Positions 34,880-64,000 of a DNA stretch of 64,000 bases are shown here, piece after piece. Both the position numbers and the translations under genes were made by a program. The stretch's first letter is position 1; every line of letters begins with the position of its first letter. The stretch lies in assembly GCA_002269645.1 (NCBI GenBank), contig NIVC01001097.1, positions 295,230-359,229 on the forward strand, written 5' to 3'. The notes below the pieces were generated by a model. That model was not told where the DNA came from. It saw only the letters and a program-made list of their open reading frames with translations, and did no database searches. This stretch comes from Macrostomum lignano (Eukaryota).

Positions 34880-36125
34880 CAGGGGTCTGGCTTTATTTAC
34901 TGCTGGGGTCTGGCTTTATTTACTGCTGGGGTCTGGCTTTATTTACTGCTGGGGTCTGGCTTTATTTACTGCAGGGGTCTGGCTTTATTTACTGCAGGGG
35001 TCTGGCTTTATTTACTGCTGGGGTCTGGCTTTATTTACTGCTGGGGTCTGGCTTTATTTACTGCTGGGGTCTGGCTTTATTTACTGCTGGGGTCTGGCTT
35101 TATTTACTGCTGGGGTATGGCTTTATTTACTGCAGGGGTCTAGCTTTATTTACTGCAGGGGTCTGGCTTTATTTACTGCTGGGGTCTGGCTTTATTTACT
35201 GCTGGGGTCTGGCTTTATTTACTGCAGGGGTCTGGCTTTATTTACTGCAGGGGTCTGGCTTTATTTACTGCTGGGGTCTGGCTTTATTTACTGCTGGGGT
35301 ATGGCTTTATTTACTGCTGGGGTCTGGCTTTGCCACTGCTGGGGTCTGGCTTTATTTACTGCAGGGGTCTGGCTTTATTTACTGCTGGGGTCTGGCATTA
35401 TTTACTGCTGGGGTATGGCTTTATTTACTGCTGGGGTCTGGCTTTATTTACTGCTGGGGTCTGGCTTTATTTACTGCTGGGGTCTGGCTTTATTTACTGC
35501 TGGGGTCTGGCATTATTTACTGCTGGGGTCTGGCTTTATTTACTGCTGGGGTCTGGCTTTATTTACTGCTGGGGTCTGGCTTTATTTACTGCTGGGGTCT
35601 GGCTTTATTACTGCTGGGATGGGGCCTGATTCCGCTGGGGTGGGGTCTGATTCTGCTGGGGTGGGGTCTGATTCTGCTGGGGGGGTCTGATTCTGCTGGG
35701 GTGGGGTCTGATTCTGCTGGGGTGGGGTCTGATTCTGCTGGGGGGGGTCTGATTCTGCTGGGGAGGGGTCTGATTCTGCTGGGGGGGTCTGATTCTGCTG
35801 GGGTGGGGTCTGATTCTGCTGGGGAGGGGTCTGATTCTGCTGGGGTGGGGTCTGATTCTGCTGGGGTGGGGTCTGATTCTGCTGGGGAGGGGTCTGATTC
35901 TGCTGGGGGGGGTCTGATTCTGCTGGGGTGGGGTCTGATTCTGCTGGGGAGGGGTCTGATTCTGCTGGGGTGGGGTCTGATTCTGCTGGGGAGGGGTCTG
36001 ATTCTGCTGGGGGGGGTCTGATTCTGCTGGGGAGGGGTCTGATTCTGCTGGGGGGGTCTGATTCTGCTGGGGAGGGGTCTGATTCTGCTGGGGGGGTCTG
36101 ATTCTGCTGGGGTGGGGTCTGATTC
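34880..36125. repeat. Two adjacent minisatellites: 23-bp (CTGGGGTCTGGCTTTATTTACTG) and 21-bp (CTGGGGTGGGGTCTGATTCTG)
   Basis: Tandem copies; switch at ~35620. Confidence 0.95.
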
Positions 36126-37304
36126 TACTATCAACTAAGACAGTGAAAATACAGACAACACAAAGACCGCTGAGTTCCTGATCCAGACTAAAACACTGTC
36201 CTTGGTCCAAAGACAAAAGGATGAAATTATCAATAAATTTATTAATAAACAGGAATTAGCAAAATGGTGAATACAAAGCGGAATACTAGAGCGCGCCGGC
36301 TGCCGAAAACAGTATAGGGAAGTCGGCACTGGCAGGCATAAAATATAAGGCGTTTTCTATCCTAAATTGGAATCACGTAGAAAAATTTACATCATTTTTC
36401 TCCTTATTCATCACCCTACTACTATTAAGTAGGAATAAGTGAAAATAGAAATTAAAAAAAGGCGAAGGCCGCTGCCAGAGCCGGAAATGTTAATAAATGG
36501 AGACAGAGGAAGACGGTGACTCGAGTGCGGAATGAGCTGCTGGGCCCTGCCTCAGTTTACTGATAGGCTTGAATACAATAGAAACTAAACTGCTGAAAAA
36601 GTGGCTCTCAGTAAAACTCCTAAAGGTTCGTTGAGTTCAGTGCGATTGAAAAAGTTCACTGAAATGAGGCTCTGGGTGAGACGACACAACAGGACAGGGA
36701 GCTGCGCAATGCTGCTAATCGTGTATGGGATAAAGACTGAGTATGCTGAGTACAGTACGCTGAGCACGTGCAGTATGCACAGCAAATATACAGTATGCTG
36801 AGTAGCTGAGTAGCTCAGGCGGGCCGGGCAGCGCCAGTCTCAATTTTCTGCTTCATTCTCCGAGCCGCTGGTGCTGCTAAAGCGTTGTGGAGCCAAAGAG
36901 GAGCTTGGCCTGCGGGTTGCAATGGGGCGATTTGGGACCCGTCAATAAGATGTAAGCTGGTCAGACTGGCTGCGGAATTAGTCCATAAATTTGGCCTGCA
37001 CAAAGCGGTAACTACTACTATAAATACGAGTTTGCTTAGATGCGTGAACTCTGCAGGCTGGCGGCTTGAAATGGTTAGGCATGTGAGCGATAGGTTGGGG
37101 ATAGACTTTGCGGCCAGGGAGGCCCTTCTACATGTACATGGAGTAGATAGCAACCAATTTACAGGTGCTGTGAGGCGCTAGGGTGAGCTAGGATTGACGC
37201 CACAGCTGCATCCTTGAGGTCCTCCACCTGAGCTCAGACCACGTCCCGACCTGCGGCCGTTCGCAGAACGAGAAATCGCGGAAATCGGCGACGAACTTGA
37301 GCGG

Positions 37305-37520
37305 GGCCGGATGCGGAACCGGATGCGGAACCGGATGCGGAACCAGATTCGTAACTGAATATGGAACTAGATCCGGAACCAGATACGGATCCGGAACCAG
37401 ATACGGATACAGATACGGAACCAGATACGGATCCGGAACCAGATACGGATCCGGAACCAGATCCGGAACCAGATCCGGAACCAGATCCGGAACCAGATGC
37501 GGAACCAGATGCGGAACCAA
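37305..37520. repeat. 12-bp-based repeat (GATCCGGAACCA)
   Basis: Tandem variants. Confidence 0.9.
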
Positions 37521-38027
37521 CAGCGTCGATTGCCGGCAGTGGCGGCTGCAGTTATCAAAATTCAGCACCGATTATGAGTAAGTAGGATAAGAGAAATTAG
37601 AAAGAAGATTCTGGAGCTTGATTTGAGTCGCAATTTTGGTAAGCTACGGCAGAGAAATAAAAATTCTGCATCCGAGTTATGGATCCTCAGACAGCACGAA
37701 TATTGGAATTAAAAAAATCAAATGAGAAATTTCTGGCAAAAAAACCATAATGCGATTATGACAAAGCAAGCCAATACGTAGTAAGAAAGCACTACTACGA
37801 GTAGGACATCAGGGCACGGCAAACTGTGCAATCCGACAACATAAACAGAAACGATTCCGATTTCTATCTTCCTCTACTGTAAGTAGGCTTTTCAGAATAA
37901 AATAACAAACAATCGACCATTTCTCAGGCCAATCGAATCGGCAAAAAAACTACAAATCGCTGCAAAACAGTTCGCCCCGCCCTGCCCGCATGTTGCGGAC
38001 TTGCGCGTCCACCTGGCCGGGGCTCAC

Positions 38028-38184
38028 CTGGCCCACCTACCTCTGGCCAAGCCGGTCGAACTTCCTAGACAGCGACGGCGAGCGCTTCTGCTTGAATTGG
38101 TGCGCGGGTTTTCGGGCTAAACAGGCTGGGCGAGGACTTGCACACTGCTGGCTAATTGGCTAATTGGCTAATTGGCTAATTGGC
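38028..38184 (-). promoter_or_regulatory. Four tandem CCAAT boxes and putative non-coding first exon of the decarboxylase gene
   Basis: (GGCTAATT)x4 at 38150-38184; CAG|GTGAGC donor at 38027; acceptor CAG|GCCATG at 34835. Confidence 0.45.
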
Positions 38185-38373
38185 AAAACACCCGGGAGCA
38201 GCGTGCGGTGGCTCAAAGAAGCAAAATGGAACATAAAAATCTATTTTTCTCTTCAAAACCCAAGGTTGAAAAAGAAACAGTGGCAATGAGAAGGAACTGG
38301 AGCAAACCGAGCACAACACATTCTAGTAAAACAAAAGGTGCAGTTTTCTGTTTAAATGTAACCGAATACCAAA

Positions 38374-57130
<18,757 letters not shown>

Positions 57131-57175
57131 GGCTGCACTGGCTCTGTAGGCGGCTACAGCAATCAGTATTGAGTG

Positions 57176-57189
57176 GTTGCTATGGAAAC
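57176..57189. promoter_or_regulatory. RFX X-box upstream of KANK
   Basis: GTTGCTATGGAAAC, 46 nt upstream of the KANK ATG. Confidence 0.55.
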
Positions 57190-57206
57190 AAAATTTTTTT
57201 CCTAAT

Positions 57207-57635
57207 CCATGATACTAAAAATAGTTTGTCAGTTATCTATGTGATTGATTTCAGAAAAAACGGCTCAACCGATTTTCTTCAAACTTGCACCATTTTATCA
57301 TTTTTTCCTTTGGGACTAAAAATAACTTTTTAGCAAAGAATAGTTGTTCGTTTTTAATTCTGTTTCAAAGAAAGCAATTGCATATTTTAAGTAAAAGCTC
57401 AAAACAATATTATAATAATTCAATTCATATAGATTATTTACTTATATATTACAAGTTAACACTGAACTTCTTTGAATAAAAGCATAATGAAAAAAAACAA
57501 ATACATACCATTAAAAATATTATAAAAAACAAATATATATATATTTATAGAAATAGAAGTTTGAAGAAAATTGGTTCAGCAGTTTTTTCTAAAATCGTTC
57601 ACACATACCTACGGAAAACCATTTTTAGTATATGG
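57207..57635. mobile_element. MITE-like element with long imperfect inverted termini
   Basis: CCATGATACTAAAAATAGTTT...GATTTTCTTCAAACTT is inverted at 57557-57635. Confidence 0.55.
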
Positions 57636-58779
57636 AAATAGTTGGGCATCAATGAAAGACTTGCCAAAATACTGTTTAGTTTAAGCAAATATAAATTCAT
57701 AACTGTAATGAAAACTCATAATAACTTAGATATTTAATTCAATACAATGATGTAGCTTTGAATAGGTTAAAGCCAAAGAAAGGGTGGGGTGGCCATCTCA
57801 ACGAGATAAAAATGTAAAAAATGGAGCTACTTTTGAAGTAGCTAAAAAATTTGTGAGACAAGTCGATTTTTACTAAAGTACCTATTTTCCCTTGGCTCCC
57901 TTTTCGGTATTGACCTCTTATAGTGATCTAATTCCATAGCTCAAACTGACTGGATTTGTATGTTGCATTATTAATATTAATCATGAAATTTAGCTAGGAA
58001 TATACTGTGCATACTAGAAACAAATAGATAAATAAAATTAAATTTATAAAATATATTGAAACTAAATTCGCTATTTAATAAGCTTAAAACAAAATATCAA
58101 GACTGCAGTGTGGGTCTCGGTCAGGTCAGGTCCAATTCAATTCCAAAGTAAGGAAAATACTCGTAACTTGCATGTAATTTGAAAAAAGAGACTACTCTTG
58201 TTTAAATTTATAACAAGTCATATAGAATTAAGTAAGCTCTTTATATACATTGAAATTGCCATTTTTAATACATAAGAAAAAAACATATTTAAGATCATTT
58301 TATTCAAAGATTAGGTGTTCTTTTTTCGTAACAGTAAAAAAGCATAATTTGCGCTCGTTTCCAAAACTACACAAAAATCAAGGACTTACTAGTAGTAGAA
58401 GGAATGACCTCGTGTCTTACAAATTTCTAGAAGGCTTTTTTCGTCCTTCTAGTTTGGTAGTCATTGGCATGAATTTGCAAGACAGCATGAATTTGTGTGT
58501 TGACGTTCGATCCACTGCATGTGGAGGCCAGACTGTCTAGCCATCTTTGAGTGCCCTTGAAAATCTGCCTTTTAAATTTCACAGGATAATGTACAGTATG
58601 GTTGAACCAATTAGTAAGCTGTTTACGTCTGCAATTAGCTTGGCTTCTAAACTTATTAAAATCATCGCAGCTGCCTTTCATTTATTCTTATGAAATATCA
58701 TACTGCATGCATTCTTCATTGCTATTAAACTGAAAGTAGAAAGCTGTTTTGCTAAGTATATATTATGCAGGAGTGGCCC

Positions 58780-59090
58780 GGGTCCATAAGAATTTCCCGC
58801 AGACGAATTGCCCGCCGAGTTTTTTCCCGCCAAGGTTTGCCCGCAATGCTTTTTACTGCAGCGCATTTGGCAGCTAGATTCTGTCTGCATTGCCCCCCCC
58901 CAAAAAAAAAATACGCATTTGATATATGCATGCAGTTACTATCAAAACGTTTTGATCGGGTAAATCTCTTTATTAAAACTTACTAAGCATTGGCGAGGCA
59001 ATGCAGACAAAATCTGCCGCGTGGCCAAATGCGCTGCAGGAAAAAAGCAATGCGGGCAAATCTCGGCGGGCATTTCTCGTGCTCCCGATC
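58780..59090. mobile_element. Mutator-like MITE
   Basis: Inverted TGCCCGCCGAG/CTCGGCGGGCA and TGCCCGC motifs; flanked by (G/C)AGTGGCCC on both sides. Confidence 0.5.
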
Positions 59091-61060
59091 AGTGGCCCAT
59101 CCAGTTATTCTACAGGGGTCGACAAACCTTTTACCTCAAGGGCTAGATGAAGAATCCGGCTCATTCTGCGGAGTGGAAAGGATCGAGGGAATTAGAAGAT
59201 GAGAGATTGGAGAGAGAGTGGAGATGGTAGAGAGGAAAGGATCAGAGAGGAGAGGAGAGAGGAACATGGAGAGGGGAGAGAAGAGAGAAGAGAGGGTGTC
59301 TGGTGTCTGAACTTAACGAGACACCAACCTTGAGCGGACGGGATTGCTATTGTGAAGTTTCAATGAACCATGCAGAATTGTGTACATGACTAACATACAT
59401 GTACATATTGTACACGTACAACAGTACATGTGTTTTTTTGCAGTCGATCAATCATTGCCCTTCGCAAGCCATATTTCATATCCTGGAAAAGCATATTGGA
59501 AGATGGCTCATAATCGCGCGGGTTAGAAATACTGCAAGGTCTTGCATAAAAATTATAAGATTTGCCAGTAACTTTTCGATGCTTTTAGTTGGCCTCCTCT
59601 CACAATTTTCACGATTCCGCTTTAGTTAAGCCCTCGATGGAATGATGAAAAAACACTGCAAAAAACGATCAACACTTCAATTTGAAATTACATTTTACGA
59701 ATGAAAGTCCACGACTCGTCCACTACAAGTCGCGATCTTGTATGATAATCATGAGTATTTATGAATATTGTAAGAAATTATCTATAATCATTATCAGTTG
59801 ACATCAGGCATCGATGATTTTTGTCACAGGGCCGGCTTGTAAGTCCTATCAAAATTAAGAATTTGTACTTCAATTTCCGGCGGCTACGAGATTTATTTTT
59901 GCGCGAAGGAAAATGGGGACAGGCCACCTAAAAATATTATAAATTCAGTGCTGAAACTGAAATCACTCGAATTAACTCAGTGCTGAGGGTACAGTTTCAA
60001 TATATTTGAAACTTCTAGACAAAAACTGAATTACAAATTACAAGATTCCACGGAGTTGCTTGCTGCAAGCATGTTCGAAAACGATAAGTAGCTGTTAAAA
60101 ACAGCTGCATTGCTGCTCTTCAGGGTTCCTCCTCCATCAGCATGTCGAATCTCACTTCTGCAAGGTAAAGCAAAATAATAAGCACACAAGTGAAAGACCT
60201 CTTAGAAAAAAGACCAGTTATGATCAAGAGCAAAATATTGGCGAGAAAAGCCGCCTGCAGACCGCACTGCATTCTCAGTTTACGAATAGGGATCGCAATC
60301 GAATCCCAGGATAAATTTTTGCGTTTTTTACAAAGTGTTATAAAATGAACAAATTGGGCCAAAAACTACGCTCGTAGTTCATTATTTATACTGCGCTAAT
60401 CTCCGTAGTTGCCTCACATCGTGTGGTGTTTTTTTCAACCCGAGTGACAACTAAAAGTCTGTTAGAATTTTCGTTTTCGTTTTTAAAATTACGAGTACTT
60501 AATGGCTACACTTGGTATTGGTTGGTAGCTGCTAGTTGCTAGATTTGATGCTGTATGAGAGTGAGAGTAGATAGTCTCAACAGAGTCAATTTAGAGCTTT
60601 AGAAACTTTAACAAAATCTTTTACACTTTTTCTACTCTACTATCTACATTCGACATACAGTACACAATACATACATGTATCTCGCATTACATACAAGCTT
60701 AAAAATCTGTATTTTTTCTGATTACGGGATCGCAAAAAACGGGATTTTGTGATCCCTATTTACGAATTGAATCATTCCAGCCAATGTTGCGAATATAATA
60801 TTGTTAGCAAAAGAAAATGTAAACTTCTAAATGTATTGATCATATAGGGCTCCGTGGACAGAAAAGCATTGCGTGTTCACCAAACCAATCAGACAGAAGC
60901 AAACGGCAGCACCCGCACAGCACAGACCAATAAGTATAGCTAGACTGCGCATCCAGCATTGCTTGCGCGCCTTGGACTCGTTTTTTTGACAAAATGACAA
61001 AGCAAAAAATGGTCCTCTGTACCCCAGCCCAAAACGATCGATATTTATGGCCTGGGGAAG

Positions 61061-61455
61061 GGGGGGGGGTTCACAAACTCAAAAGCACCTTCTTTCACAA
61101 GATCGAAATTTCACAAGGTCGAAATTTCATAACATCGAAAACTCAAATAGCAACCACTTTCACAAGGTCGAAACTTCACAAGGTCGAAATTTCACAACAA
61201 CGAAAACTTTAGCAAAGGACTTCATAAGGTCGAAATTTCAGAACATCGAAAACTCAAATAGCAGCCACTTTCACAAGGTCGAAACTTCACAAGGTCGAAA
61301 CTTCACAACATTGAAAACTTTAGCAAGGGACTTCATAAGGTCGAAATTTCACAAGGTCGAAAACTACTGTATGGTTCTTGTTATATTAATTTTTCGATGT
61401 TGTGAAATTTCGACCTTGTGAAATAATTTACTTTTCGACGTTGTGAAAGCACCCC
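61061..61455. mobile_element. Mutator-like MITE inserted upstream of the THAP ORF
   Basis: GGGG..TTCACAA / TTGTGAAAGCACCCC termini; 9-bp TSD CTGGGGAAG at 61052-61060 and 61456-61464; internal TTTCACAAGGTCGAAA repeats. Confidence 0.75.
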
Positions 61456-61610
61456 CTGGGGAAGACTGGCCCTTCTTCAGCTGTCTGCGCTCTGCCTTTT
61501 TCTAAATTAACATGTATATTATTGCGGCTTGGGGACCACAATAGCAATGCTATACTAACTTTAAACAGCTAAGCAAAGTTATTAAAAAATTAATAATTGC
61601 TCAAAACGAA

Positions 61611-62003
61611 ATGGAAGAACAACCCGAATCTTCTAAATTGCCGAGGAAAAGAAAGGGAAATCACGGCAGCTTTTGCTGCGCTGCTGGCTGCTCGAACAAC
61701 TCAGCAATGTCTTTGATACTCAGGAGTGTCCTTTCATACTTTTGCAAAGGACAAGAAAATAAGGGAAAATTGGCTGATAGCGCTGAGAAGAAAAGATTTT
61801 GAGCCATCGCCATCCACTCAAGTCTGCTCAATGCATTTTGAGGAATCTTGCTTCAAAGAGCAATTTGCAGGCTTTCTGCCTAGCGTCAAAAGACGGCTAT
61901 ATCCAAATTCCGTTCCTTCCATCTTCCTGGCGTTCCCTGACCATCTGCAGCTGAAAGCTGAAAAGAAACGGAAGACTGCCAACACGGCCACAGCTCGCGA
62001 AGT
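61611..62003 (+). pseudogene. THAP zinc finger of a P-element-like transposase (frameshift near 61715)
   Basis: FCCAAGCSN..SFHTF..W..LRR..P..VCSMHFEESCF..L.P.SVPSIF, the C2CH THAP signature. Confidence 0.85.
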
Positions 62004-63307
62004 TGATTTCGCTGCTGTGCCGTTCCATACTTTGTCCTGGTTCGCGGAGTAGTATGTCAGAGCACCTGAAGTTGACTCAGAAAATCCAGCCAGTGAAAGT
62101 TTTGGAGACGTCTTCTGGATGCTCTTGGGATCCATGACGCTAGAGTTGAGCTTTGGGCCAGCTTCAATGGCTTCGTTTTCTCCAGTTCGAATAGCTGCCG
62201 GATGTGGCTGAAGTCGGCCACGATGAAGGCTCCATTTTGCGTCAAGTTTTGTTGGCTGGCAAAGAACTTGGACTCGATATTAGGCACGTAGTTCCAGAAT
62301 TATTCTCTTTTGGAAATTATTATAGATGTTCTTAACCGTGTGGGTCGGATCGAACAGCAGGATTACGTTCAGCATGATAAGGATGAGGAATCGATGCTTG
62401 AAGATTGCCACCACAAAGCTTGTGAGTGAAAAACGCTCGATTTGCAGGGTGATTGTCGACTAGAATGGTGACTACGTTCAAATTAGTGCGCTGAAGCGTT
62501 TCCATAACGCTATTATGGTGTTCAAACAAAACTTCTGCTGTCAGCTTGCTTAATGGAAATAGCGCAACAACGTCACGAAACTTGCCAGCGATGGATTTGA
62601 CCATGAAACAAAGCAACGTAGACGCTGTAGTATCCTGCTGCATTCCAAAATCGTTCCGTTAGAGTATTGGATTATTCTGTTGAGATGAATTTCGTCAATG
62701 ATAAGGTTCACGTTGGACTCCATGATTGAGAGATCTTGAGTCCGTAGGTGTAAGTATCGCTCATCAGAGACACAGAGGTAACTGACAGCGGGCTGGATAT
62801 CGCTGTTAGCCGCCTTACTGATGGAGAATCAGCACCTCGTGTTCTAACAAAGCCTGATAGCATGCTGTGCTCGCAGACTTAAGAACCATTGCAAACACAA
62901 TCAAGTCAGGTGAGTACCGTAGAGACGACTTGTTTATCGCGCAGGACAGCTTCAGCTGCTCCACGATAAACTGAACTCTTTGACAAAGCGGCTCGGTGGA
63001 TTCCTCACATTCTTCTATCCATCGCTGGAGGCAGGCAACGGCGTCTTCAATTAATTGCGTTCTTCTCTGCTGCTGCTGCTTTGTGTTGCCAACGACTTTA
63101 TTTGGGCCAGCATGTTCTGAACCTGGGAAAAGAGGCGGACCTTGCCGCCGTCCAAGAATTGTTGCAGTCTTTTTTGGGGCAGTGATAAGCCCATTCACGC
63201 TCACGGCTACTGTCATGTCACCGTGAACCTGTAGGGAGCAAAGCAGCATGGGCACGGTTCCGTATTTCACGTGAACAATGCAGAATGTAGTGATTTCGGC
63301 ACTAGTC
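62004..63307 (-). pseudogene. P-element/THAP9-like transposase core, inverted relative to the THAP domain, frameshifted
   Basis: RYSPDL, LIIDEIHL, LLCFMVKSIAGKFRDVVAL.P, LVDNHPANRAFF, FDPTHTVKNIYNNF, DFSHIRQLFELE. Confidence 0.85.
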
Positions 63308-63310
63308 ACT

Positions 63311-64000
63311 AATGCGGGTAAGTTGGAGGCGCAACTTGCGAGTCTCCCCTGCCCGGACTCTGGCACATCAGACTGGCTAGTAAAACAGTTTAAGCTTGAT
63401 CAGAAAAATCTATCGAGAGATCAGCAGAGAACCACATTCAAGCTGCTCAATCACTTTCTGGGACAGATCTCGAAGAACGACACAAACTTAGGGAAAACGC
63501 ATCTTCACGAGATGGCGATTGAGTTGCAGGACCCAGTGTGCCGTCCCATCTCACAGCCTTCAAAAAGAGCGACGCCTGCTCAGAAAGAATTTATTGACAA
63601 GCATATTCAGCAGCTGATTAACCAAGAGGTCATCGAAGAGTGTGAATCTGAATGGGCATCACCTATTGTTTTAGTTAGGAAAAAGGATGGCTCACAACGC
63701 CTCTGCATTGATTACCGTCAGGTAAACAAGTTGATTAAGCCTTGTAGTTTCCCCCCTGCCGTCAGTAGACGAATCATTCGACAGTCTTGCTGGATCAAAA
63801 GTCTTCTCGAGTTTGGATCCAACTTCAGCATATTGGCAAGTTGGCATTAGAGAACAGAATCGGGACATAACGGCTCTTTTCTGCCCCCAAGGATTGTTTC
63901 GTTGGAAGTTCGTGCCGTTCGGCATCAAAACGGCACCAGCAAACTTCACAAAGTCTTTCGACCGCTTCTTTATGCGCGTGAGTTTGATCTACCTGGACGA
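63311..64000 (+). mobile_element. Gypsy pol fragment (reverse transcriptase), frameshifted, truncated by the window end
   Basis: SEWASPIVLVRKKDGSQRLCIDYRQVN, then SLD..SAYWQV..FCPQGLFRWKFVPFGIKTAPANF. Confidence 0.9.

Noticed and set aside
37188-37585. ORFs such as (LVPD)n, (GTRY)n and (EPDP)n
   Set aside because: Products of a 12-bp repeat open in several frames, with no supported splice context.

Overview
Eukaryotic (animal) genomic DNA: GC-rich exons separated by introns largely filled with 12-42 bp minisatellites, plus AT-rich transposon-littered spacers. The style resembles the flatworm Macrostomum (inference only). Six host genes can be modelled with phase-consistent splice sites: a 5'-partial DEPDC1-like gene (+), a 4-EF-hand calmodulin-like gene (+), a three-LIM protein with an Arg/Lys-rich tail (-), PDSS1 (-), a bacterial-type (AAT-fold, wing-domain) Orn/Lys/Arg decarboxylase split by three spliceosomal introns (-), and a ~1530-aa KANK-like gene (-). 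Not shown in the ORF track: three homologous dual-guide C/D-box snoRNAs, one per PDSS1 intron; an internally deleted LTR retroelement with a 5-bp TSD; several MITEs with TIRs/TSDs, one only 45 bp long; and a THAP/P-element transposase with an inverted core fused to Gypsy pol. Most notable: (1) the intron-containing bacterial-type decarboxylase, a probable domesticated horizontal transfer; (2) minisatellite arrays whose units are copies of splice junctions, giving in-frame stacks of acceptors; (3) the snoRNA trio. All calls were made by eye and recall, with no database searches.
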